A stretch of 64,000 bases of DNA from an uncultured Pelagibacteraceae bacterium (GCA_902553555.1 CACDLE010000001.1:96965-160964); one strand, 5' to 3'; counted from the first letter of the stretch, positions 9,881 through 21,621 are shown. The notes: generated by a model not told the origin, from the sequence alone. Numbers and translations are program-made.

Positions 9881-10444
9881 TTAAATCAATTTTTTTATAG
9901 ACTTAATCTTTTCACTCATCACAGTTATTAGGAACGCCAACAATGCAACTTTAAAAAGTTCAGCTAGCCAAAATGGTTTAAGACCCAACTCTAATATTGG
10001 CTTGTCCCAACCAATTAAAACTCCAAGCCATAATATTCCGAATAAATATATGACACTTACACTTAAAACTAATTTTGAAAAATTTTTAACTATATTATTG
10101 CTGTAATTAAATAATCCGCTAATCATTGCAGCAAAAATAAAGCCAATAAGATATCCCATTGTAGGACCTACAAAATAAACTATCCCAATTCCTTTTTCTG
10201 GAGTTCCAGAGAATACTGGTAAACCAAATATACCTTCGAATAAGTAGAAAGCGATTATTGAAGCTCCCAGTCTCCATCCGAAACAAACTCCAATTAAAAG
10301 AACCACAAATGTTTGCATCGTCATTGGCACTGGGTAGAATGGTATTTTTATTTTAGAGGAAATAGCTAATATTACTGTGCTAAAAAGAATGACTAAAAAA
10401 TATTTAATTATTTTTATATATTTAAAATTTTTAACTAATTCCAT
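9881..10444 (-). CDS. bioY: Biotin transporter BioY
   Basis: PVPMTMQT, GLPVF, GPTMGYLIGF; multiple TM helices. Confidence 0.93.
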   Translation of the reverse strand: MELVKNFKYIKIIKYFLVILFSTVILAISSKIKIPFYPVPMTMQTFVVLLIGVCFGWRLGASIIAFYLFEGIFGLPVFSGTPEKGIGIVYFVGPTMGYLIGFIFAAMISGLFNYSNNIVKNFSKLVLSVSVIYLFGILWLGVLIGWDKPILELGLKPFWLAELFKVALLAFLITVMSEKIKSIKKLI

Positions 10445-10476
10445 TATTTAAATTTACCTCTATTTTAAGAAATAAT

Positions 10477-11409
10477 CTAGTTTTTTATTAATTGTAGAAA
10501 AACGTCTTCAAGGTCCCCATCATCAATTGAAATATCAAGTATTTTAAGGTTATTTTTTTTGAGAAAACTTATCAAATTTTCAAAATCAATCATATCTTTT
10601 TCATAGCTCACCGAAATATATTGGTTAGAAATAATTGAGAACTTTATATTAGGCATTGAAAGACTTATATTTTTATTAAATTTTTCCAACTTAAATAAAA
10701 TTTTTTTAGTTTTAATTCTTTCTAAAAGTTTTTTTGTAGTGTCTAAAGCTATCAAATCTCCTTTGTTTATAATTGCTATTCTACTACACATTTCTTGAGC
10801 TTCAGATAAATAATGAGTTGTAAGAATAATTGTTACACCAATTTTATTTAGTTCTTTAACGTTTTCCCATAAGTTTTTCCTTAATTCTACATCAACGCCA
10901 GCGGTTGGTTCATCTAAAACAAGAATAGGAGGCTGATGCACCATTGCTTTAGCAATCAAAAGTCTTCTTTTCATACCACCTGAAAGGTTTCTTGAATAGC
11001 TGTTAGCCTCTTTATCTAAAGAAACTAGTTTTAAAATTGTTTCAGTTATTTTTTCTTTGTTTTTAATGCCATAAAGACCAGCTTGTAAATCTAATAATTT
11101 TTTTGGGCTGAAAAATGCATCCAGATTTACCTCTTGAGGTACAATTCCAATTGATGCTCTAACTTGTCTAGGGTTTTTATCGAGGTCAAAACCCCAAACA
11201 TTAACTTTGCCAGATGATTTTATAACAGTGCCTGCCAATATACTCAAAAATGTAGTTTTACCAGCACCGTTCGGACCCAATAAACCAAAAATTTCTCCCT
11301 GCTTTACATCAAGAGTGATATTTCTAAGTGCATTAATTTTGGGAGTTTTTTTTTCACTATCAAGATAAATTTTTGATAGGTTTTCAACAGATAAAGCAAT
11401 TTTCATCAT
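10477..11409 (-). CDS. ABC-2 type transporter ATP-binding protein (YadG-like)
   Basis: GPNGAGKT, LSGGMKRR, LDEPTAGVD, TTHY. Confidence 0.93.
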   Translation of the reverse strand: MMKIALSVENLSKIYLDSEKKTPKINALRNITLDVKQGEIFGLLGPNGAGKTTFLSILAGTVIKSSGKVNVWGFDLDKNPRQVRASIGIVPQEVNLDAFFSPKKLLDLQAGLYGIKNKEKITETILKLVSLDKEANSYSRNLSGGMKRRLLIAKAMVHQPPILVLDEPTAGVDVELRKNLWENVKELNKIGVTIILTTHYLSEAQEMCSRIAIINKGDLIALDTTKKLLERIKTKKILFKLEKFNKNISLSMPNIKFSIISNQYISVSYEKDMIDFENLISFLKKNNLKILDISIDDGDLEDVFLQLIKN

Positions 11410-11447
11410 AAAATTTTAATATAACATAAAATTAGGTAATATAGGTT

Positions 11448-14219
11448 ATGAGCAAAATTAAAAAGACAGATCATTTTTATTTAATTGATGGCTCTGGTTA
11501 TATTTTTAGAGCTTATTATGCATTGCCACCCCTTTCAAGAAAAAGTGATGGCTTGCCTACAGGAGCAGTAAGTGGTTTTTGTTCTATGCTTTTTAAATTA
11601 CTTGAAGATGCAAGAGCAGACGACAGCAAACAAAAACCTACTCATTTTGCTGTGATTTTTGACTCTGCCAGAAAAAATTTTAGAAATGAAATATATAAAG
11701 AGTATAAGGCAAATCGTAGCGAGGCACCTGATGACTTAGCTCCTCAATTTGAGTACATCAGAAAATCTGTAAAGGCATTTAATTTGCCCTCAATTGAACT
11801 TTTGAATTATGAAGCTGACGATTTAATTGCAACTTATGTAAAACAAATTTCTAATCTTGGTGCAAAAGTAACTGTAATATCTTCTGATAAAGATCTCATG
11901 CAGTTAGTCTCAAAAGATATTAGATTATATGATCCAATGAAAAGTAAAGTAATAGGTGAAAAAGAAGTATTAGAAAAATTTGGAGTAAAACCCAACCAAG
12001 TGGTTGATGTACAATCTTTAGCGGGCGACTCTTCAGACAATATACCTGGTGTACCTGGCATAGGAATAAAAACTGCAGCAGAATTAATACAAAAGTATAA
12101 AAATCTTGATACTTTATTAAAAAATGCTACAGAAATAAAACAAAATAAGAGGAGGGAAACATTAATACAGAATAAAGATCAAGCAATTTTAAGCAGAAAA
12201 TTAGTAACTCTTAAAGACGATGTTCCTATAAAAGATGAGCTTAGCAGTTTTCTTTTAAAAGATGTAAATAAAGAAAATTTATTTAACTTTTTAAGGGAGA
12301 TGGAATTTAATAGATTACTAAGTCAAGCGATTAGCTTTTATGGAGATGATAAAAAAAATTATGAAAAGCAATCAACTAAAAACAATAAATTTTCTAAAGT
12401 AAATACTGATCTCTATAAAAATATACTTAATGAAAAAGATCTTGATAATTTAGTAAAAAAATTAAATGAGGAATCCATTATTTCTATAGATACAGAAACT
12501 ACTTCCCTGGATCCTATGGTAGCAGATTTAGTAGGAATATCTTTTGCATGTGGTGACAATGAAGCTTATTACATACCAATATCTCATAAGAAAGTAGAAA
12601 ATTTAAATAAGGACATTGTGATTAAAAAAATTAAAAAAATTCTTGAAGATCCAAGTATTAAAAAAGTAGGTCAAAATATAAAATACGATTTAATCATTTT
12701 AAAAAAATATGGCTTAGAAATTAAGCCAATAGAGGATACAATGTTAATTTCATACACCCTAGATGCTGGTAATAATCGACATAACATGGATACACTTTCA
12801 GAACTACATCTGGGACATAAAACAATTTCATTCAAAGAAGTTGTTGGAACAGGAAAAAAACAATTAAATTTTTCAGATGTAGATTTAAAAGTAGCAACAA
12901 AATATGCTGGCGAAGATGCTGATATAACACTTCGTTTGTACAATCTTTTGAACGAAAGGTTAATCAATGAAAAACTTACAAAGATTTACGACAATTTCGA
13001 AAAACCTATGGTTAACATATTATCACAGTTAGAAACTAATGGGATTAAAGTAGATCCACAATATTTAAAAAAATTATCTAAAAAATTTGAAGTACGATTA
13101 AAGGAGAAAGAAAAAGAGATTTATAAAATTTCAGGTAAAAAATTTAATATAGGCTCTCCTAAACAACTAGGAGAAATTATCTATAATGATTTAAAAATCG
13201 CTAAATTAAAAAAAACAAAAAAAGGTAGCCTAGCAACTAGTGCTAAGATTTTAGAAGATTTAGCATCCTCTGGTCATAAATTTCCAAAATTAGTATTAGA
13301 ATGGAGACAAGATTCAAAACTAAAAAGCACCTATACTGATGCTTTACAAGATCATATTAATATATCAACTAAAAGAGTTCACAGCTCATTTTTATTGGCT
13401 GCAACCAATACTGGCAGGCTAGCTTCAAGTGATCCAAATCTACAAAATATTCCAATAAAAACTAATGATGGCAAAGAAATTAGAAAAGCATTTGTTGCGG
13501 AAAAAGATAATATTCTAATTTCAGCAGACTATAATCAGATTGAAATGAGAATACTTGCTGATATGGCCGATGTTAAAGAATTAAAAAAAGCATTTAAGAA
13601 TAATCAAGACATACACTCTTTAACCGCGAGCCAAGTTTTTGGTGTACCTTTAGACAAAGTTAAAGAGGAACTTAGAAGAAAAGCGAAAGCAATTAACTTT
13701 GGTATTATTTATGGAATTACACAATATGGTTTGGCAAAACAAATTTCAGTATCAAATCAAGAGGCACAAGATTTTATAAATGAATACTTTAAAAAATTTC
13801 CGGAAATAAAAGACTATATGAGTACCACAATAAAATTTTGTAGAAAAAATGGATTTGTTAACAATATATTTGGCAGAAGAATCCATTTAAGAGGAATTAA
13901 TGATAAAAATTTTAGCATCAGATCTTTTCAGGAGCGTGCAGCCATTAATGCGCCAATCCAAGGCTCTGCTGCAGACATCATAAGACTTGCAATGATAGAA
14001 ATTGATAAAAAAACTAATGAAGAAAAAAAAATTAGTGCAAAAATGCTTCTTCAGATACATGACGAATTAGTTTTTGAAAGTTCTTTAAAAGATCAAAAAA
14101 ATAACGAAAAATTGATAAGAAAAGCCATGACATCTGTTTCATCCTCAGACTATCATATGTTTTCAATTCCATTGGAAGTGAATGTAAATTCAGGATATAA
14201 TTGGGGTGAAGCCCACTAA
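11448..14219 (+). CDS. polA: DNA polymerase I
   Basis: 5'-3' exonuclease (DGSGYIFRAY, EADD, GDSSDNIPGV), 3'-5' exonuclease (DTETT), polymerase motifs DYNQIEMR, KAINFGIIYG, QIHDEL. Confidence 0.99.
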   Translation: MSKIKKTDHFYLIDGSGYIFRAYYALPPLSRKSDGLPTGAVSGFCSMLFKLLEDARADDSKQKPTHFAVIFDSARKNFRNEIYKEYKANRSEAPDDLAPQFEYIRKSVKAFNLPSIELLNYEADDLIATYVKQISNLGAKVTVISSDKDLMQLVSKDIRLYDPMKSKVIGEKEVLEKFGVKPNQVVDVQSLAGDSSDNIPGVPGIGIKTAAELIQKYKNLDTLLKNATEIKQNKRRETLIQNKDQAILSRKLVTLKDDVPIKDELSSFLLKDVNKENLFNFLREMEFNRLLSQAISFYGDDKKNYEKQSTKNNKFSKVNTDLYKNILNEKDLDNLVKKLNEESIISIDTETTSLDPMVADLVGISFACGDNEAYYIPISHKKVENLNKDIVIKKIKKILEDPSIKKVGQNIKYDLIILKKYGLEIKPIEDTMLISYTLDAGNNRHNMDTLSELHLGHKTISFKEVVGTGKKQLNFSDVDLKVATKYAGEDADITLRLYNLLNERLINEKLTKIYDNFEKPMVNILSQLETNGIKVDPQYLKKLSKKFEVRLKEKEKEIYKISGKKFNIGSPKQLGEIIYNDLKIAKLKKTKKGSLATSAKILEDLASSGHKFPKLVLEWRQDSKLKSTYTDALQDHINISTKRVHSSFLLAATNTGRLASSDPNLQNIPIKTNDGKEIRKAFVAEKDNILISADYNQIEMRILADMADVKELKKAFKNNQDIHSLTASQVFGVPLDKVKEELRRKAKAINFGIIYGITQYGLAKQISVSNQEAQDFINEYFKKFPEIKDYMSTTIKFCRKNGFVNNIFGRRIHLRGINDKNFSIRSFQERAAINAPIQGSAADIIRLAMIEIDKKTNEEKKISAKMLLQIHDELVFESSLKDQKNNEKLIRKAMTSVSSSDYHMFSIPLEVNVNSGYNWGEAH

Positions 14220-14269
14220 TAAATACTTTGTGGCCTAAATTTTGACAATTTGATAATGAAAATTTAAAT

Positions 14270-14968
14270 ATGGGTAATACAATAGCATTAGTAGATGATG
14301 ATAGAAATCTTTTAACAAGTATAAGTATCGCTTTAGAAAGAGAGGGCTTCAAAGTCCAAACTTATATCGATGGAGAGACTGCTTTAATAGGACTAACTAG
14401 AAATCCACCTGATCTTGCAATCTTAGATATTAAAATGCCAAGACTAGATGGAGAAGAATTATTAAAAAAAATTAGAAAAAAAATGTCAATTCCAATAATT
14501 TTTTTAACTTCTAAGGATGAGGAAGTGGATGAACTATTGGGTCTTAAACTTGGAGCAGATGATTTCGTAAAAAAATCTGGCGGCTTTTCAATGAAAGTTT
14601 TGATAGAAAGGATAAGAGTACAATTAAGAAAAAAAACAGAAAAAAATGAAGATACAAAAAATATTATTTCTCACGGAAAGTTAAAACTTGATCCATCCCA
14701 ACTCGAATGCGAATGGAATGGTCAGGCACTTCCAGATAAATTAACTACAACAGAATTTTTAATAGTAAAAGAGTTAGCAAAGAGACCTGGAGTCATAAAG
14801 GAAAGGGCCCATCTTATGGATATTGCTTACAAAGAAAACACTGAGATTGAAGATAGAACTATTGATAGCCATGTAAAAAGGATTAGGAAAAAATTTAAAA
14901 AAGTTGATGAAAAATTCTCAGCAATTGAAACTAGGTATGGAAGTGGATATAGATGGAATGTTAGTTAA
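14270..14968 (+). CDS. chvI: ChvI-type OmpR-family response regulator
   Basis: IALVDDDRN, DIKMPRLDG, FLTSKDEEVDE, DRTIDSHVKR; paired with a kinase upstream of ahcY. Confidence 0.92.
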   Translation: MGNTIALVDDDRNLLTSISIALEREGFKVQTYIDGETALIGLTRNPPDLAILDIKMPRLDGEELLKKIRKKMSIPIIFLTSKDEEVDELLGLKLGADDFVKKSGGFSMKVLIERIRVQLRKKTEKNEDTKNIISHGKLKLDPSQLECEWNGQALPDKLTTTEFLIVKELAKRPGVIKERAHLMDIAYKENTEIEDRTIDSHVKRIRKKFKKVDEKFSAIETRYGSGYRWNVS

Positions 14969-16482
14969 TGAAAAAAAAGAAAACATCCTCAATACTAAGA
15001 AAGTTTTTACTTTTTAATTTATCGATTTTTTCTATTCTAGGACTGTTTACACTTTTCTACTTGAAGGCTATACAGCCGAATCTTGTAAAAAAAACTTCCT
15101 CAAGTCATTTCATTATTATTAAGAATACATCTGATCATATTGAAAGATTAGGAATATCATTTAACAAAAAAAGTATTAATCAATTTCTATTATCGACAAG
15201 ATTTTTATTTCAGGGTTTGGATAGAGTGCAATTTTTCTCAGTTGATGGAAATTTAATTGGTGACACTAATATTCTAGATTTAGACTCTAGTGTTTTTCAA
15301 AGATCAGACGCGGTTATCGAGGAAGGTGCCGTTGAAAAAGTGGTAGAAAATAAACTTAAAAATTCAAAAATTTCTTCAGAAAACTCAATTAGAGAAATAA
15401 TTAGTAAAAAATATAAGGATCAACCTATTACAATTGAGAATGAGATAAACAATTCTTTCTTTGTAAGCACAATTAGTGAAGTAATAATAGATAGTAGTAG
15501 AGTTGGTTTCATAATGGTGACTAATGAAGCTAACGATATTCTTATCGCCGTTAAAGAGAGAAAAGATTTTATAATAAGAACAGTATTAGCTATAGCTTTA
15601 GTAATATTAATTTTCTCATTATTTTTAAATAAATATATTTTAAAACCAATAGGGTTTTTAGTTTCTTTCACAGAATCTATTAAAAATAAATCAGACCAAA
15701 ACATTGATATACGGAAATTTTTTGTGAGAGAAGATGAAGTTGGTAAATTAACCAAATCAATTGATGAGATGACAAAAGAACTTCAAAAAAGAACCAAGCG
15801 GGCTGAGACTTTTTCAACAGATCTAGCTCATGAAATAAGAAATCCATTAGCTTCATTAAAGGGAGCTTCAGAGCTTCTGGACAAGAGCGATAAACAAAAT
15901 GACAGAGAAAAATTATTAGAAATAATCAATCATGATGTGGAAAGAATTGAAAGATTAATTACAGATTACTCCCAAATGCTTAAAGATGAAGCGTCTCTTT
16001 CTAGTGAAAAGATGTCCAAAGTTAATTTAATGAAAATAATCTTAAATGTTGTTGACGATTTTCGACAAGACCTGAAAAATCAAAATAAAAATATTAAAAT
16101 TTTAACAAATCTAAAAGGTAAAAAAGAAAAAAATTTTTTTATTATAGGAATAGAAAATAGATTAGAACAAGTTATAGCTAATTTATTAGATAACGCTATT
16201 TCTTTTAGTGAAAACAATCAAATGATCGAAATTGAACTTACGGAAACATCAAATAATTTTGTAATGACAATTAGAGATCAAGGCCCTGGATTTGCAGAAG
16301 CTTCTCCTCAAAAAATATTTAAGAGATTTTATAGTAATAGACCTACAAACTTTGGTGAACATTCAGGATTAGGGTTAAATATTGCTAAAAACATTGTAGA
16401 ACTTCATAAAGGTGCAATAGCTGCGTCAAATAGATTAAACCAAAAAGGAGCCCAGATAGAAGTATTACTACCGAAAATTTAA
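14968..16482 (+). CDS. chvG: ChvG-type sensor histidine kinase
   Basis: Two TM helices, [29 protein letters not shown]. Confidence 0.9.
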   Translation: MKKKKTSSILRKFLLFNLSIFSILGLFTLFYLKAIQPNLVKKTSSSHFIIIKNTSDHIERLGISFNKKSINQFLLSTRFLFQGLDRVQFFSVDGNLIGDTNILDLDSSVFQRSDAVIEEGAVEKVVENKLKNSKISSENSIREIISKKYKDQPITIENEINNSFFVSTISEVIIDSSRVGFIMVTNEANDILIAVKERKDFIIRTVLAIALVILIFSLFLNKYILKPIGFLVSFTESIKNKSDQNIDIRKFFVREDEVGKLTKSIDEMTKELQKRTKRAETFSTDLAHEIRNPLASLKGASELLDKSDKQNDREKLLEIINHDVERIERLITDYSQMLKDEASLSSEKMSKVNLMKIILNVVDDFRQDLKNQNKNIKILTNLKGKKEKNFFIIGIENRLEQVIANLLDNAISFSENNQMIEIELTETSNNFVMTIRDQGPGFAEASPQKIFKRFYSNRPTNFGEHSGLGLNIAKNIVELHKGAIAASNRLNQKGAQIEVLLPKI

Positions 16483-16534
16483 TTTTAGTTCACTCTTGAT
16501 AAGGGTAGTTTATATTGTTAAAAACCCTAAAATA

Positions 16535-17824
16535 ATGTCAGAAGATTTTAAAGTAAAAGATATTTCACAAGCAGAATTTGGTAGGAAAGAAATTTCTTTA
16601 GCCGAAACAGAAATGCCAGGATTAATGGCTCTTCGTAAAGAGTATAAAAGTTCAAAGCCCTTAAAAGGTGCAAAAATACTTGGTTGTTTGCATATGACAA
16701 TACAAACTGCTGTTTTAATTGAGACCTTAGTAGACCTGGGCGCAGAAGTAAGATGGTCTTCATGTAATATATTTTCAACTCAAGATCACGCAGCTGCGGC
16801 TATAGCAAAATCTGGTATACCTGTTTTTGCTTGGAAGGGAGAAACAGAGAAAGAATATTGGTGGTGTGTGAGACAAACTATCGAGGGAAAAAAAAGCTGG
16901 AAGCCCAATATGATATTAGATGATGGTGGTGACCTCACGGCATTAATGCATAAAGATTATAAGAATTTATTAAAAGATATTAAAGGCGTATCCGAAGAGA
17001 CAACAACTGGAGTACTAGCTTTAAAAAAAATGGAAAAAAATAAAGAATTATTAATACCCGCTATAAACGTCAATGACTCAGTTACCAAATCAAAATTTGA
17101 TAATTTATATGGCTGTAGGGAAAGTTTAACTGATGGCATAAAAAGAGCTACAGATGTGATGATGTCAGGAAAGGTAGCTATCGTTGCTGGTTTCGGAGAT
17201 GTTGGTAAAGGTAGTGCAGCATCATTGAGACAAGCAGGAGCCAGAGTAATGATTACAGAAACAGATCCAATATGCGCACTTCAAGCTGCGATGGAAGGAT
17301 ATGAAGTAGTTTTAATGGATGAGGCCATAAAGAACGCTGATATAATTGTTACGGCAACTGGCAACAAAGATATTGTTACTGCAGATCACATGAGAAATAT
17401 GAAAGACAGAGCGATCTTATGTAATATTGGACACTTTGATAACGAAATACAAGTTGAGGCTTTAAAGAATTATAAGTGGGATGAAATTAAGCCGCAAGTT
17501 CATGAAATTGAGCTGCCAAGTAAAAAAAGAATAATTTTGCTAGCTGAGGGCCGTTTAGTAAATTTAGGTTGCGCAACAGGACACCCGAGCTTCGTGATGA
17601 GCGCATCTTTTACTAATCAAGTGATAGCACAAATAGAGTTATGGAACAATTCAAGTAAATACGAAAACAAAGTTTATGTTTTACCTAAACATTTAGATGA
17701 AAAAGTAGCAATGCTGCATTTAGAAAAAGTTGGAGCAAAACTAACCAAAATGTCAAAAGAACAAGCAGACTATATTAGCGTTAAACCATCAGGACCTTTT
17801 AAACCAGATACTTATCGCTACTAG
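16535..17824 (+). CDS. ahcY: S-adenosylhomocysteine hydrolase
   Basis: [44 protein letters not shown]; start moved to ATG 16535. Confidence 0.99.
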   Translation: MSEDFKVKDISQAEFGRKEISLAETEMPGLMALRKEYKSSKPLKGAKILGCLHMTIQTAVLIETLVDLGAEVRWSSCNIFSTQDHAAAAIAKSGIPVFAWKGETEKEYWWCVRQTIEGKKSWKPNMILDDGGDLTALMHKDYKNLLKDIKGVSEETTTGVLALKKMEKNKELLIPAINVNDSVTKSKFDNLYGCRESLTDGIKRATDVMMSGKVAIVAGFGDVGKGSAASLRQAGARVMITETDPICALQAAMEGYEVVLMDEAIKNADIIVTATGNKDIVTADHMRNMKDRAILCNIGHFDNEIQVEALKNYKWDEIKPQVHEIELPSKKRIILLAEGRLVNLGCATGHPSFVMSASFTNQVIAQIELWNNSSKYENKVYVLPKHLDEKVAMLHLEKVGAKLTKMSKEQADYISVKPSGPFKPDTYRY

Positions 17825-17835
17825 ATTAGTAGCTA

Positions 17836-18291
17836 ATGATTATTAAATCTTTAGATCATCTTAAATCAATATCAAATAAAATCGCAGAAAAAGTATCAAA
17901 TGGTGATTATATTTTCTTAATAGGAGAAATTGGAGTAGGTAAAACGACTTTTACAAGAAATTTTATTAATTATTTACAAAAGAAAAAAGGGGTAAAGCAA
18001 ACAGAAGTTTTGAGCCCCACTTTCAATTTGTTGTATGAATATGAAATAAAAAATTTAAAAGTGATGCACTACGATCTCTATAGAATTAAAACAAGCAGGG
18101 AGTTGGACGAACTTGGTATATTTAATGAAAATGTTAGAAGTATAAAAATTATTGAATGGCCAGAATTGGTTAAAACAAAAGTAAAAAATAGACTAGAAAT
18201 TTATTTAAGTTATTCTGATAGAGATAATGAGAGAAAATTAAGCATTTTAGGGCATCACAAATGGAAACATTATAATGAAAATAAACTATAA
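17836..18291 (+). CDS. tsaE: t6A biosynthesis ATPase TsaE
   Basis: GEIGVGKTTF, SPTF, HYDLYR, IEWP. Confidence 0.96.
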   Translation: MIIKSLDHLKSISNKIAEKVSNGDYIFLIGEIGVGKTTFTRNFINYLQKKKGVKQTEVLSPTFNLLYEYEIKNLKVMHYDLYRIKTSRELDELGIFNENVRSIKIIEWPELVKTKVKNRLEIYLSYSDRDNERKLSILGHHKWKHYNENKL

Positions 18292-19240
18292 ATTAAAAAA
18301 GATTTCTGGAGATGCATCTTTTAGAGAGTTTTATCGAGTAAAAAAAAACAACAAGACATCAATTATAGTTTTTGCAAAAAAAGAACAGTATAAAAATTTA
18401 ATTGTCTATTCATTTGTAAATAAAATTTTAAATAGTCACAACATTCCATCTCCTAAACTGCTAAAAAATTATTATAAAGATAATATGATAGAAATTACAG
18501 ATTTAGGTGATAAATCTTTCTATGATTATATTAAAGATAAAAAAAATAAGTTTAAAGATTATAAAAGATTAATTGAATTAATCGTCAAACTGCAAAAGAT
18601 CAAACTTAAAAATCAGTATTATTATAATGGAAAAAAAATTAAATTTTCAAAATATACACTTCGCAATTTACATAAAGAGTCTGATTTATTTTTTGATTGG
18701 TATCTAAAATATTATTTCAAAAATTTAAATCTTAGGAAAATAAAAAAAATATTTAAGAAAGAATTAAACAATATTTATAAAAAACTTTATTTTAAAAACA
18801 ATTATTTTACACATAGAGATTTTCATGCATCAAACATTATGATTACTAATAAAAGACTTAGTCTTATTGACAGCCAAGATGCGATAATAGGTAATCCTTT
18901 GTATGATGTTGCATCATTAATTGATGATGTCAGGATTAAAATGCCTAAAAATTTACAAGATAATTTATTTCAGCATTATATGAAGAAATCAAAATTTAAA
19001 GCCAAAGATCAAACGTACTTCAAAAATGATTTTGATATCTTATCTGTCCAAAGGAATTTAAAAATACTTGGAATTTTCGTGCGACTATATAAAAGAGATA
19101 AAAAACCTTATTATCTTAAATATTTACCTCACACTTGGACGCTTATTGAAAAAAGAATTAAAAATCCTATTTTTAATAAGTTGAAGATATTATTAAAAAA
19201 ACATCTGCCTCTAAAAAAATTAAAAAAGATTAAAATATGA
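18275..19240 (+). CDS. amgK: Anomeric MurNAc/GlcNAc kinase (AmgK-like phosphotransferase)
   Basis: GDASFREFYR, HRDFHASN, IDSQDA, QRNLKILGIF; between tsaE and a nucleotidyltransferase. Confidence 0.85.
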   Translation: MKINYKLKKISGDASFREFYRVKKNNKTSIIVFAKKEQYKNLIVYSFVNKILNSHNIPSPKLLKNYYKDNMIEITDLGDKSFYDYIKDKKNKFKDYKRLIELIVKLQKIKLKNQYYYNGKKIKFSKYTLRNLHKESDLFFDWYLKYYFKNLNLRKIKKIFKKELNNIYKKLYFKNNYFTHRDFHASNIMITNKRLSLIDSQDAIIGNPLYDVASLIDDVRIKMPKNLQDNLFQHYMKKSKFKAKDQTYFKNDFDILSVQRNLKILGIFVRLYKRDKKPYYLKYLPHTWTLIEKRIKNPIFNKLKILLKKHLPLKKLKKIKI

Positions 19241-19932
19241 AAATTAAACATGGTATGATTTTAGCAGCTGGATTAGGAAAGAGAATGTATCCGATTACTT
19301 TAAAAACCCCGAAACCGTTAATTCAAATAGGGAAAAAGAATTTATTAGAGAGAGCTATAGATTTATTAATCAATCATGGTATTGAGGAAATAGCTATAAA
19401 TGTGCACCATCTGTCTGATCAAATAAAAGATTTTATTTATAATAAAAAATTTAAAGCAAAAATTACTATTTCTGAAGAACAGGACCAACTACTTGATACT
19501 GGAGGTGGAATCCTTCACGCTACCAGAAATTTTCAAAAACCTTTTATTGCAATAAATCCCGACACTTTATGGAACAATGATTACTGTAGTGAATTAAAGG
19601 ACTTAGAGGATCTTTATTTTAGAGAGAAAAAAATTTGTTTATTGTTAGTTAGTAAAAATTTGAGCTTTGATAGTTCTTTTAAGGGAGATTTTAATCTTGA
19701 TAATGGCTTAGTTAGTAGAGGTAATAAAAATGAATTCATTTTTACAGGTCTTCAAATTTTAGATCAAAGTGTCTTTAGTAACGTAAAAGATAAAATATTT
19801 TCCATGAACAAAATCTGGGACTACTTGATTGAGAATAAATCTTTAGTTGGAAATGAAAGTAAGCAAAGGTTTTATCACTTAAATACAAAAGAAATGTATA
19901 ATAAAATATCTAATTTAAAAATTACTGATTAA
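19237..19932 (+). CDS. murU: MurNAc-1-P uridylyltransferase (MurU-like)
   Basis: ILAAGLGKRM, PKPL, LLDTGGG; adjacent to amgK. Confidence 0.82.
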   Translation: MKIKHGMILAAGLGKRMYPITLKTPKPLIQIGKKNLLERAIDLLINHGIEEIAINVHHLSDQIKDFIYNKKFKAKITISEEQDQLLDTGGGILHATRNFQKPFIAINPDTLWNNDYCSELKDLEDLYFREKKICLLLVSKNLSFDSSFKGDFNLDNGLVSRGNKNEFIFTGLQILDQSVFSNVKDKIFSMNKIWDYLIENKSLVGNESKQRFYHLNTKEMYNKISNLKITD

Positions 19933-20641
19933 AGATAATAGTTTTAGCTCTGGATTTATCTAAATAATAACATTTTTCAATTTTAAGATTGGTATCAAAT
20001 TCAATTACTAGGGGATTGCCAGTCGGAATTTCTAATTCATTTATTTTTTTATCAGAAATCTTAAATAAATATTTACATAGTGCTCTGAGTGAATTTCCGT
20101 GAGCCGATATTAAAACGTTTTTATTTTCCTTAATATGTTTTTGAATTTCATTTTCATAATAAGGTATGACTCGTTTATAAGAATCTTTTAAAGATTCTGT
20201 AAAAGGTATCATGCCCAAAGGTATACTTGCATTTAAAGGACTAAACAAAGAATGATTTTTGTCACTTTCAGCCATTGGCGGTGGCCGTGTATCCCAAGAT
20301 CTTCTATATTTTTTAAACTGCTCTTCACCAATTTTCTTTTTTGTTTCTTCTTTATTTAACCCTGTTAAAGACCCATAATGTCTTTCATTTAATTCCCAAG
20401 AAGTATTAAATTTAAGATCTAGGCCGTTTTCTTTAAGTATAGTGGTAAGAGTTTTAATAGCCCTTTTTAAAAAAGATGTGTAAGAAACGTCTATTTTTAT
20501 GTCTAGATTTTTAATTAATCTTCCAGACATCTGAGCTTCTAAAACTCCTTTTTTAGATAAGTCAACATCTACCCATCCAGTAAATCTATTTTCCGCATTC
20601 CATATGCTTTGACCGTGTCTCGTTAAAATTAATTTGCTCAT
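19922..20641 (-). CDS. gpmA: 2,3-BPG-dependent phosphoglycerate mutase
   Basis: RHGQSIWN, FTGWVD, LNERHYG, AHGNSLR, IPTGNP. Confidence 0.97.
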   Translation of the reverse strand: MSKLILTRHGQSIWNAENRFTGWVDVDLSKKGVLEAQMSGRLIKNLDIKIDVSYTSFLKRAIKTLTTILKENGLDLKFNTSWELNERHYGSLTGLNKEETKKKIGEEQFKKYRRSWDTRPPPMAESDKNHSLFSPLNASIPLGMIPFTESLKDSYKRVIPYYENEIQKHIKENKNVLISAHGNSLRALCKYLFKISDKKINELEIPTGNPLVIEFDTNLKIEKCYYLDKSRAKTIIFNQ

Positions 20642-20681
20642 AATAGATAAATATCAGATATTATGTAATATTAAACTTATA

Positions 20682-21080
20682 ATGAAAAATAATGTCTTAA
20701 AGTTGATTAAATATCTTTACTACTTCTCTTTAATAGCTTTGCTCATTCTATATTTGTTCCCAGGTAGTCTTATTGGATATTTTTTTTATGGAGATTTTGG
20801 TAAACAACCTAACCTAATACCTAATCCTACAGGGACTTCTATTAACCATGCTCTAGCTTTTTTATATTTATCGATAATTTGTTTAATTGGATACAGTAGG
20901 GATAAAAGTTTTTTTCGAACTATTATTTTTTTAATATTATTATCAATAATTTTAGAATTATTTCATTATTTAATACCAAACAGATCTTTTGAATTTTTAG
21001 ATCTTTTTGCTAATCTATTTGGAACTGTGTTAGGAATATTAATGATTATTATTTATAAAAAATATCAAAAGATCAAATGA
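20682..21080 (+). CDS. VanZ-like membrane protein
   Basis: HALAF, ELFHYLIPNRSF..DLFANLFG pattern; start moved to ATG 20682. Confidence 0.7.
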   Translation: MKNNVLKLIKYLYYFSLIALLILYLFPGSLIGYFFYGDFGKQPNLIPNPTGTSINHALAFLYLSIICLIGYSRDKSFFRTIIFLILLSIILELFHYLIPNRSFEFLDLFANLFGTVLGILMIIIYKKYQKIK

Positions 21081-21607
21081 AAAAGCTAAACTTGATTTTA
21101 TCTATAATATTAATATTATTTCTATTTTCTTTTGGCACATATTCACAAGAATCATCTGATCCCGACAGCTACGGAAGTTCATACGTTAAAGGAAATGCAA
21201 AAGTTGTAGATGGAGACACTATTGTAATTAAAAATTTAAGAATAAGACTTTTTGGAATTGATGCTCCAGAGAAAAATCAAATTTGTAAAATAAATTCAAA
21301 GGCTTATAATTGTGGGCATACTTCAACGGAAGCACTGAAAATTCTTATTAATGGCCATAGAGTTCTATGTCAATGGAAAAATCTTGATGTCTATGGTCGA
21401 CCCTTAGCAATTTGTAGAGTCCCGGGAAGAATGGAGGGGTCTACAATTGTTTTAAATGCAATGATGGTTATCACAGGAAATGCCGTGGCTTATAAAAAAT
21501 ATTCTAAAAAATATTTAGATAGTGAGAATAGCGCAAAAGAAAGTAAGATAGGAATTTGGCGAGGAGAATTTGATATGCCGTGGGATTGGAGAAGAAAATA
21601 TAAATGA
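21077..21607 (+). CDS. Secreted thermonuclease (SNase-family) protein
   Basis: Signal peptide; VVDGDT, IRLFGIDAPE, DVYGR, PWDWR. Confidence 0.92.
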   Translation: MKKLNLILSIILILFLFSFGTYSQESSDPDSYGSSYVKGNAKVVDGDTIVIKNLRIRLFGIDAPEKNQICKINSKAYNCGHTSTEALKILINGHRVLCQWKNLDVYGRPLAICRVPGRMEGSTIVLNAMMVITGNAVAYKKYSKKYLDSENSAKESKIGIWRGEFDMPWDWRRKYK

Positions 21608-21621
21608 TTTATAATCATTAA

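Noticed and set aside
16483-16534. SAH or SAM riboswitch upstream of ahcY
   Set aside because: Only 52 nt, mostly promoter-like; just a weak AGGGT/ACCCT pairing and no aptamer consensus
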